From Octopus sinensis (lineage: Eukaryota): a stretch of DNA of 64,000 bases. The notes below the pieces were generated by a model. The model did no database searches, was not told where the DNA came from, and saw nothing but the letters and a program-made list of their open reading frames with translations. Below are positions 11,205-23,277 of this stretch, piece after piece. Within the stretch, counting starts at the first letter, position 1. The number at the start of each line of letters is the position of its first letter. A program made the translations under genes and the position numbers. The DNA lies in NCBI RefSeq assembly GCF_006345805.1, contig NC_043001.1, forward strand, positions 84,630,001 to 84,694,000, in the 5' to 3' direction.

Positions 11205-14200
11205 TATTATTATTATTATTATTATCCTAGGCGGCGAGCTGGCAGAAACGTTAGCACGTCGGACGAAATGCTTAGCGGTATTTCGTCTGCCGCTACGTTC
11301 TGAGTTCAAATTCCGCCGAGGTCGACTTTGCCTTTCATTCTTTCGGGGTCGATAAATTAAGTACCAGTTACGCACTGGGGTCGATATAATCGACTTAATC
11401 CGTTTGTCTGTCCTTGTTTGTCCTCTCTGTGTTTAGCTCCTTGTGGGTAGTAATAAAATAGGTATTTTGTCTGCCGTTACGTTATAATCCGCCGAAGTCG
11501 ACTTTGCCTTTCATCCTTTCGGGGTCGATTAAATAAGTACCAGTTACGCACTGGAGTCGATATAATCGACTTAATCCGTTTGTCTGTCCTTGTTTGTCCT
11601 CTCTGTGTTTAGATCCTTGTGGGTAGTAAAGAAATAGGTATTTCGTCTGCCGTTACGTTCTGAGTTCAAATTCCGCCGAGGTCGATTTTGCCTTTCATCC
11701 TTTTCGCGTCGATAAATTAAGTACCAGTTGCGGAAATTTAATACCAGTCCCCCAACCACAAACCTTCAGGCCTTGTGACTTTAGTAGAAAGGATTATTAT
11801 TATTACCATTATTATTATTAATATTATTATTATGAAGACGGCGCGCTGGCAGAATCGTTAGCACGCCGGGCGAAATGCTCAGCAGTATTTCGTCTGCCGC
11901 TACGTTTTGAGTTCAAATTTCGCCGGGCTCGACTTTACTCTTCATCCATTCAGAGTCGATTAAATAAGTACCAGTTACGCACTGGAGTTGATGTAATGGA
12001 CTTAATCCCTTCCCCCAAATTTGAGGCCTTGTGCTTCCAGTAAAAAGGATTATTATTATTACCATTATTATTATTATTATTATTATGAAGACGGCGCGCT
12101 GGCAGAATCGTTAGCACGCCGGGCGAAATGCTCAGCAGTATTTCGTCTGCCGCTACGTTTTGAGTTCAAATTTCGCCGGGCTCGACTTTACTCTTCATCC
12201 ATTCAAAGTCGATTAAATAAGTACCAGTTACGCACTGGAGTTGATGTAATGGACTTAATCCCTTCTCCCAAATTTGAGGCCTTGTGCTTCCAGTAGGAAG
12301 TATTATTATTATTATTCGTAGTAGTAGTAGTAGTAGTAATGATGCTAGTGGTAGTATCAAGCATTAGATCTTCGGAACTATAGATTTAATATTTATTCCA
12401 GCTATTTACCTTCAATTTCACTGCTTTTCCCTTTGGGGTCGATAGAATAACCTGCACTATCGATATTATAGGCTTACGGCCACCACACAAACTGCCGGCA
12501 TTGTATATAAAATGGAAACCATTTGCTATGTCGTCGAAGCGAATGAAAACCGTTGTGTGTGTGCGTTTGTGCGTGTGGATGTATGTTTATGTGTGTGATA
12601 ATGTATGTATTTGTGTATACATACATGTGGGCGCACATGTGTGTGTGAGTGTGTGTAAAGAAAGATATATACGAGGAGGTGCTGAAAAGTTCCTGGTTTT
12701 ATGGGTTTCGCGAAAGGCCTGATTGGAGACCCGACATTCCGAGTTCTTTTACAGAGCTTCGAAAAACTGAAGGACCACTGCAATAAGTGTGTGAATCTGA
12801 GAAGGAAATATCTATATATATAAAACTGTAGTTGTGTGAGTGTCTGTCCCCTTCGATTTAGATTCCTAACTACTCCCACATTTTGCGGTGCAGTTCAACC
12901 AAATTCGGGTATCTTATAGTCGTGATTCATATCGAGCCCGTCTGAGTATTAGCGCGCGTCTACGATGAGTCTACGATTTTAAAAATAATTTAACATCATT
13001 TTTTATTCCATTTTAATGCATAATTTTTCGTGTGTCGATGGCGGCGGAGTTGGCGTCCATGGTCACACCTGCACCTGTTTCCTTCTCCCCCTTCTTCCCT
13101 CCCTCGTGAAGCTGTGGGGAAGGGAGTGTAAGGAAATCAACGTCGTAATGCGTTGTCAAGGAGACCAGCGTTCTTTTAGAACAACGACTTCATGGCTTGA
13201 AGACACCAAAACAGAAATGGCTAAGTAAGCCCGAATTGGCATCTATAAGGGAAGTAACTCTCTAAAAATGCTTATATAGTTATTTCCCTTACAAACCCGA
13301 GCAACGCCGGGCGATACTGCTAGTGTTGAATAAAATCATAATTAACTGATCCTCTTGTATTTCATTCTATCGCAAGCCAGGAACTTTTCTGTCCCTCCAC
13401 GTATATATGTGTGCGTTGGTTGCGTGCAAGCTTATATCTCTTTGTCTTGAAATCGCGTGATAGGTGTAAACGAATGTCACCTTATCAGCGCTGTCTTTCG
13501 CTTTTAATTTCTGTGAAAATATGCTTAGCCTTTGGGGAAATATTTCCTTCCATGAAAACATTGGTACTTTGACCATAGGAAGCATATCCATCCATAGGAA
13601 TCCCGCCTCAAGAAATTATGTTTGACTTATGCGGGCACGGAAAAGTGGACATGAAACCCATAATGATGATATTAAGGCTCCCTTACTTCACACTCACAGC
13701 CTCTCCCTTCCTCTCTCTTCCTCTCTCTCTTCCGCTCTCTCATCTCTCTCATCTCTCTCTTCCTCTCTTTCCTCTCTCTTCCTCTCTCTCATCTCTCTCT
13801 TCCTCTCTCTCATCTCTCTCTTCCTCTCTCTCATCTCTCTCTCTTCCTCTATCCTCTCTCTCTTTCCTCTCTCTTCCTCTCTCACTCACACACACACACG
13901 CACGCATACACACACGCGCACACACACTGCACACACACACACACACATGCACACACGCACACGTGCATTCACACGCACACGTACATTCCCCCCACACACG
14001 CACACACACACACACATACACTCTCTCTCTCCCTCTCTCTCTCTTACACACACACATTCAATAATATATAGTAATAAATAAATTTGGTCTTTTATTAATT
14101 TATATTTCAGGAATGCCATGCTCTATGCTGCCTATGCTGGAGATTGACAACAGGACCCAGATTCCACAGAGTATGGCAATTGCCAGATACTTAGCCAGAG

Positions 14201-15693
14201 AATTCGGTAAGGACACAAATCTTCTGCTTAATATTCTTGTAGTGTGACAGATAAATTTAAATTATCCAATAAACAAATTCCTCCTTATTTTCTCCTATTT
14301 TAATTTCGATGTCAGATTAAGTAGGTTGGATGGAAGCCACGTTTTCTGGAACACACTTATCCCGCTGCTTAAATTGATTATGTCACAAAGTTTCTAGGAC
14401 ATTTGATTTGAATTTAATATCACATAGACAGGCTGCCATTTAAAGAATTGAAAGTCGTTTCTATTCTAGCGCGAAATCATTTGTCTTTTCGTTATTCATT
14501 CAAACTGATAATATTCAAATTACGTTTATTAACAAAGAACAGACGACTTCACTGTCTTGACTTGAATAAGTAAAAAAAGAAACAAGCAAAGAATTCTTAA
14601 CACGTGGCATTTATAACATTATATAACTTTATAACACTACTAGTGAGACCAGACCTGCGACAATGCCAATAACTTTATCAAGTTAATGCATCAGTAGCTA
14701 CATCATGTGCGGCAACGAACATCTCAATGGACAATAGTATTATCTCTGAACAAATCTTTTATTGCAGGTTTCCATGGCAAAAATAATATGGATATGGCCA
14801 AAGTTGACTACATCTCAGACTGCTTCTATGATATCATGGATGATTACATGAGAATGTATTACGACAGAGAGGGAAGAATGATGGTAAGTGTAGAACTAGA
14901 AAAATCTTGTTTGAGTATCTAGAATTTTACACTGAATGAAGAATTACAAGTAAAATTGAGGCAAGCTAGACTAATTACTACGTGTAATTATTGATTTCAA
15001 ATTATGACAAGTCCTCAGGTCGATTTGTTCGACTGAAAGACCTTCGAGGTGGAGCTCCAGCATGACCGCAGTCAAATGACTGAAACAAATAAAAGAATAA
15101 AACACCGCAATTTAAGGTGAAACGATTACATCGACCTCAGTGTTCAACTGGTACTTATTTTATCGACCAGGAAAGACAGAGTCGACTTTGGAGGAATTTG
15201 AACTCAGAATATAAAGATATGAAATGCTGCAAAGCATTTCGCCGACGTTACTAACAATTCTGCTGCCTCGCAATCTTATCACGTGTAATTATTAAACAAT
15301 TTATTTTCTTTGGAAATGAGTTCTTATATGAATAATTCAAAGGCGGTGCCCAAGAATGGTCTTAATCTCTGGCTAAAACCATTGAAAAATTAAAGATAAA
15401 GGAAACGTTTTTCTGAGGTTTAGTTTACAGTGGTAAATAGTTTGTGAATGGAATGGAGCAAATCTGTTCCATTCATTTAACCACAAAGCCATGTTCAACT
15501 ATACTCTCATTTTACTCTTTTACTTGTTTCAGTCATTTGACTGTGGCCATGCTGGATGGAGCAAATCGACCCCAGGATTTATTCTTTTTTACTTATTCTA
15601 TCGGTCTCTTTTGCCGACCCGCTAAGTTATGGGGACCCAAACACACCAGCATCGGTTGTCGAGTGATGTTGGCGGGAACAAACACAGACACAG

Positions 15694-15742
<49 letters not shown>

Positions 15743-18639
15743 CGACGGGCTTCTTCCAGTTGCCGTCTACCAAATACACTCACAAGGCTTTCGTCGGCCC
15801 GAGGCTATAGTAGAAGACACTTGCCCAAGGTGCCCGCAGTGGTACTGAACCCGGAACCATGTGGCTGGTGAACAAGCTACTTACCAGACAGCCACTCCTT
15901 CGCCTATGCAAAATAAAAAGAGAATATTAAGAAATAGAATAATCGGGAGGGGAACATTGTTACCTTTGCAGGATCATTCGTGCACCAGAAAAGTTGCTTG
16001 TGATACTTAATTTATGTTCTTTTACATTCAATCTTCAAATACCCTTGAGGTTAAATTTGTCTGTCATCCTTTCGGGAACGTTAAAATAGAATATTATATA
16101 TTAAATCTACCACCGGAAAGCAAATATATATATTTCTTTATCATCCACAAGGGGCTAAACATAGAGGGAACAAACAAGGACAGACGAAAGTATTAAGTCG
16201 ATTAGATCGACCTCAGTACGTAACTGGTACTTAATTTATCGACCCCTAAAGGATGAAAGGCAAAGTCGACCTCGGCGGAATTTGAACTCAAAACGTAGCG
16301 GCAGACGAAATACCGCTAAGCACTTCGCCCGGCGTGCTATTGTTTCTGCCAGCTCGCCGCCTTCCGCAAAGCAAATATATATTTTCCTGTTTACGTGTAA
16401 GAAATGCAGTCCTTAGAGGGTTAAGTGTCTATAGCTGTTGAAGTATAACGACGCAGATAAACGTGCCCCACAGTACGATGAGGTCATTTGCAGCCCAGTT
16501 CTGCGTATTTTCTTTGCACATTTCTACAAGATGAATTTACTCCTGCGACAGATATTGCTGAATTTTTCCCACGCTTGAATTTACACGATCGTGTCAAATA
16601 CAAACGGAAACAACTTTATTTTAATCATCACTGCCTTGCGTGTCTTTAATGAATTGATTCCAGCCTGACAGATTTAATACGCTTTTTTTCTTTTATTATG
16701 TTTATTTTCATTATATTTAATACGCCTTTTCTTTCATTATATTTTTGTTTATTTCATTTCAGTTTGATAAAATGTCTGACATGCGCCAAAGATATTGTGA
16801 CATGGATAGTAGACTGGTACGTATAATTCCCTCAAATACTGTATAAACTAATTGTATATATTTCACTATAGTACAGTACTTTAAGAAAAATTTTGCGCAC
16901 AAGTTCTTAAGGTGTCTTATAAAAACCATTGTATGAATCCGCTTTTTGCTTCGATGGTAGCTTTATTGTGGAACCGGAATTGTTGAAATGCCAACATAAA
17001 ATGTTCCTTATTTATTTCGAACATCATCTGAACATTGGTGCTCTTCAGTGAAGCTATGATGTTATGAAGAATTCAATTAGCACCCTTTTAGAGAATGCTC
17101 CAAACGAAGTGGTCTATGGGATTTAAATCTGGCGTGTTTGGAGGCCATAGGTTTGATGCTACATGATTGTAAAGTTTATTAGACATCGATTCTTGGTTTT
17201 ATGTAGGTTTTGTGAGGAGGTCTCGAGTCAAGTAACTCGTATGGCCTTCCACTGTGCATCTCATGCATCTACAGTTTAATGACTGTCTGCAGCATCTCAA
17301 CGTATCCAGCAGCATTATTTCTTAGACCATGTTCCTGAACCTTAGTGTGCATCAATCTTGGGACATTAAAGCTATCGGCAGATAACCATCTTTCATTTCT
17401 CCTGTTAGAAGTTTGGCCTTGGTCGAAGTTTTTCGCATCAGAGAACAACAAAAGCATACCATGTTCGTAAGGACTTTAAACCTCTTTAACTAACCGATTA
17501 GCAGGGATTCAGATGCTTTTCCTAAGTTTCTGCGGATATGAATTAACCTGCCTTAAGTACATAGGACTCGTGCTGAATATCTAAATCGCCGTATTCCGGA
17601 AATATGGCAACAATGAGCGCATGTCTTTCCATTTTTTACGTTAGCATATCCTCTCCCGAGAGAATCTGAAAGAAATAAAAACACTCCATTTGCTTTGAAG
17701 AGTGTAATATACTGATAATTGAACATCCTCAAATACCACCTGCACACTGTGAACCAGGGATTGCCAACCATTTTCTGTCTATGGACTCCTTTGATTACTA
17801 TTTTATTCTAGTGGACAACATCACCATTCAATATGTAAAAACTAGTTTTATTGAAACTTCCTATTTTGTTTTTCACACATTAGTTTGTGTAGGTTGAACT
17901 AATGTAAAATGTTAGAGAAAGAAACCCAGCTGTTTCTTGCAATACATACCAATACATACATCTAAAGCAAAATTAAAATACTATTGTCGATCTCCAACTT
18001 ACTATTTTGCTGCATGGACCCAGCAAAATCTTATATGGACCCCAGTTGAGAATCATTGCTGTAGAGTATAGTGAAAGTAATAGACATCGGTCTCTTGTTT
18101 ATTATATCTAATGGACACATTCTAGTACACAAATATACTTCTGTGTTTATCTTATATTGCAAATTGCGATAACAGCGCTGTTGACTGCAGGTTTCCAAAG
18201 AATCAATCACAAGTTTACTGAACCTCTGACCACGCAACAAACAAGGGCGTGCCGTCTTATTTTCGGTTTCTGGCTAATGTTGTCATCTTTTGGCGACGTA
18301 AAACGCCGAACAACACACGCACGTGCACATACACACCCACCCACACACATACACACATACACACACACACACATGCACACACACACACACACGCATACAC
18401 ATACACACACACACATACACACACACCTACACACTGCACAAACTCATATATTTACACATGGACGTGCATATATATACAACAGAAGAATACACAGTTTCTG
18501 ACATCCAAATTCCCCTCTCGAGATATTTGTCAAGTCCGAGGTAGCGTATCCGTACTGGGATCAGACTTCGAATAACTTGCTTGCATATATCTGCTACTTT
18601 TTTTTACTTCTATATCTTTCTTTTTGTCGATGTGAATCA

Positions 18640-18681
<42 letters not shown>

Positions 18682-20627
18682 GGATCAAAGCAGTTTGATT
18701 CAAATTCGTTGGTACTCTCGAGTTTCAAGCGTGATGCTAGTCAAGAGACATTTTGAAAGACGACTAGCATAGTGCTTGAAATTCAAGAGTAAATGAATTT
18801 GATTCAGATTGTTTTGATCCGTACATGTAACTCCCAATAAATTGGCTGGTCCACTCACTCGTATATGTTTATATATATATATATATATTTGTTTGTTTCG
18901 TCTTTAAAGTCGTTTTGTTATGTGTTCATTTTCAGGGACTTGAATCACGCTCAGAGATGCGCAGCGAAATGCGTTCCGAAATGCGCAGCGACATGCGTTC
19001 CGATATGCGCGGCGATATGCGTTCCGATATGCGCGGCGATATGCGTTCCGATATGCGCGGCGATATGCGTTCCGATATGCGCGGCGATATGCGCGGCGAT
19101 ATGTGCGGTGATATGCGTTCCGATATGTGCGGTGATATGCGCGGTGACATGCGCGGTGACATGCGCGGTGACATGCGCGGTGACATGTACGGTGACAGTA
19201 TGAGCGATAGCAGAATGGTAAGTATTTTAAGCGTATTTACGAGACTATGCTACCTGAACGGTTGCGTAGATACACACACACGTATACAAACAAGCACAAA
19301 CACGTATATCGCCATCATCATCATCATTATCAATATCTGCTAGAGTTTACTCGGGCAATTTAACCCTTGCACTCCATCAATTTCGGACTTACATAAATCG
19401 AGGGAGGTATCCGATGATTTGATCTGAGGTTGTATTAGGACAAACAACTCGAGCGCGGCGGTGCTTTGGCATCTACAACAGTAATTCACTTGCCAGCTCT
19501 TGGTAGGTTTCCTGCAAAGTGCAGGTATCCTTCTCTTTCAATAATGGAAGCAGGCAGGAGATCTCCATACAGTTGTCTCTTGATATGATGATTCACTCTA
19601 TTACTCTTTTTCTTGTTTTAGTCATTTGACTCCGGCCATGCTGGAGCACCGCCTTTATAGTCGAGCAAATCGACCCCAGAACTTATTCTTTGTAAGCCTA
19701 GTACTTATTCTATTGGTCTCTTTTGCTGAAGCGCTAAATTACGAGGACATAACCACACCAGCATCGGTTGTCAAGCGATGTTGGGGGGACAAACACAAAC
19801 ACACAAACACACACACATATATACATATACGGCGGGCTTCTTCCAGTTTCCGCCTACCAAATCCACTCACAAGGCTTTGGTCGGCCCAAGTAGAAGGCAC
19901 TTTCCCAAGTATATATATGTATATATATGTATATATACGGGTAAAGACTTCCTTCGATCATGAATGACCATGGGCTTGCATCTAGAAATTTATCCTCCAA
20001 GGCACAAGTCCGGACAATGTTGTTGCTTTTATAGAAGACTATTAGTCGCCCATGTAATTCAACCTCTCCTCTTCACGCCATCGATGTTATCCGGTTCTCG
20101 TCAATCACCGAAGTTAAGAACGTCCAGCCTAGTGGTTACTTAGATGGGTGACCGCTTGGGAAACCCAGGTGCTGCAAGCATTTAACACACCCGTACACAC
20201 ACACTCACACACACACACATATTCGATGGGAGAATTGTGTTGTGTAAGACACTATACGTATTTTCCAAGAAGTTATATTACGAGGAGAAAAGAGGAAAAA
20301 AAAATATCTTCCTTGTCTATACTTTGATTATATTCAAGTAAGAAAGGAAGGTTTGAACTGTCTGAGCGTAAATCGGATTGTCGATACTCCGATTTCCAAC
20401 GATATTATTGAAAATCATATTACTTTGGCGTGACTGTTGTATGACATTTGCACATGTACACACATTTATAATCAATCAATTCCTTAATCAATCAATCAAC
20501 AGTCGGTCTCTCTCTTACTCTCTCTCACACTCTCTCTCTATCTCGTTCTCTCTCTGTATATACATGTGTGTGTGTGTGTGTGTGTATATCTATCCGTCCA
20601 TCTTCTCAACTTTACCTAGCTCCCTAC

Positions 20628-20697
<70 letters not shown>

Positions 20698-20846
20698 GTC
20701 TGTCTATCTATCTAACTATTTATCTATCTATCTATCTATCTATCTGTCTAACTATTTATCTATCTATCTATCTATCTATCTGTCTAACTATTTATCTATC
20801 TATCTATCTATCTATCTATCTGTCTGTCTGTCTGTCTGTCTATCTA

Positions 20847-20899
<53 letters not shown>

Positions 20900-20900
20900 G

Positions 20901-20946
<46 letters not shown>

Positions 20947-21745
20947 CTTATTTATTTATTCATCTGCCTGTTCCTAATTAATTGATATTTATCCTTACAG
21001 ATGGAAATGCGCATGAGATTCCAGGAGACCTGTCGCAGAGTTCTTCCATTTTTAGAGAGATGCTTGGAGATGCAACACGGTGGAAACCAATTCTTCCTGG
21101 GTGACCATGTAGGTGTAACAGTGTGGTGTATATTTCTATATTTGGGTATACAAAATCGAGTAAAGCAGCGTGCATATGTGTGTGTGTCTATGAATAACTA
21201 TGAATAAATAAGCGCGTGTAGAGACATGTATATGTGTGTGTGTATGTAGGCGTTTGTACGCATTTATGTGTGCGAATGCGCATTCATGTCTTCTATTGAT
21301 GAGTATTAGTTTATAGATGCAAATTTGTACCTTAGGCAAGCAGGCGGAGAATAATTTACAGATGGTAAAGATCTTCGAACGGTTTCATACATTGACACGT
21401 ACGCACACGCACACATGCACACACATACGTATATACATATACTTACACATACATTCATACAAGTATACATACATTTATGCACGAGATTACCCTATATATG
21501 TATATATATATATATATATAATAATAAATATTAGGGAATAAATCCAAATTTACGGGGAAAAAATCAGATTTAGGATTAAATCCAATTTTATAGTAAAATA
21601 TTATATAATATTAATTAGAGACAAAACCACTATTTTGCAAAACAAACAAGGAAAGACTTAATCAATACATAAAATTTTATTAAAATTTTATGTATTGATT
21701 AAGTCTTTCCTTGTTTGTTTTGCAAAATAGTGGTTTTGTCTCTAA

Positions 21746-21779
<34 letters not shown>

Positions 21780-22644
21780 CGTTTTTGGATTTGGTTTGCA
21801 AGATTCATTATTTGAGTTCGTGTGTTGAAGCATATTCTGTTGTGTCTGGGGAGAGTCATTTTCTTTTTGTGCCTTATAATGTAATACACTCACTGGCAAA
21901 ATTTCCACTTTTCTCTTATTTTTATTTTCCTAAAATTTTCGCTGCGTCTTGCAATCTTTTCAATAGACTATTGAATAGGTTGTAAGGTGCAACGAACATT
22001 TTAGGAAAATAAAAATAAGAAATAAGTGGAAATTTTACCAGTGAGTGTGTTACATTATAAGGCACAAAAAGAAAATGACTCTCCCCAGACACAACAGAAT
22101 ATATATATATATATATATACACACATACACGAGTACACAAATGCCCACACACACACATATATATATAAGAATGCGTAGATACGCGCAACAGACACATACA
22201 TATGCAGGCACATGAGCGCACATACGGACACGCAATCGTATGTATTTGTATGCATACCACTACACTCCTATACACATACATACACACGGGTACAACCGCG
22301 GTCACACATGCACATACAATGTGCGTTGCATCTGGTGCTAATGCATCGTTCCAAGCCCACTAGGGAACAGTGCAACTTGAAGCCGAAAAGATTGTTGAAG
22401 CCGAAAAGATTCTGGTGCTAATGAATGCTTTTTTAAACTCCATCTTCTACATAAAACCTATCCGTCTGTCTGTGCATACATTCATGTATATATTCGATCT
22501 AGAAGAGATTTTCCGATAAAGCGTCGAATTTGTAAGGGCTATGGTCGATAACTTATGAGGGATAGGCTTGTCTGCGTCCTCTGCGTCTTCTTTTGCTGTC
22601 CTCCGTATGATCCACTGTCATCTTTCCTTGAAACATATTACCAC

Positions 22645-22691
<47 letters not shown>

Positions 22692-23195
22692 CAAAAAGCA
22701 ATAAAGATTCAAGTTAATTTAAATGAATTTACTTGAATATGGTACCTAACTTAGATGCACCAAAAAAAAACTATACGGTTTTAACAATACAGTAATGTGG
22801 GGTGATTATAAGCGAGAAAGAAGCAACAAGAATGGATAGGTTTTTAGTACAATCGTTTCATATCCTCATATCTCTGGAAATTCATATGTACACCATGGAT
22901 TAAGTCACCTTCTCTGTGATGCTATTAAAACTTTTTTTAAATTCTGTGATAAGACTGTACATCATCTTTAAAGAACTTTAATGAACTTTGGAAATCTGTT
23001 TATGTTACTTAATTATCTACATTACTTCATGAGTATAGCCTCAACCACTAGGATGTCTAGAGAACTCACATGTATTTTAGCTGATAAGTACGGGACACGT
23101 TTATATGCTGCAATTTTTGCAACTTTTAATAAAGCCTGTCCTTGTATGAAACGATTGTACTAAAAACCTATCCATTCTTGTTGCTTCTTTCTCGC

Positions 23196-23277
<82 letters not shown>

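Noticed and set aside
19008-19187. Nine RGD motifs as integrin ligands
   Set aside because: The protein has no signal peptide and S-crystallins are cytoplasmic; RGD alternates freely with RSD and CGD, so charge pattern is the simpler explanation
18865-19203. Cys-rich CAAICVPI repeat ORF (metallothionein-like) and the antisense SPRI repeat ORF
   Set aside because: Alternative frames of the exon 5 minisatellite; only the RGDM frame fits the phase-0 splice sites
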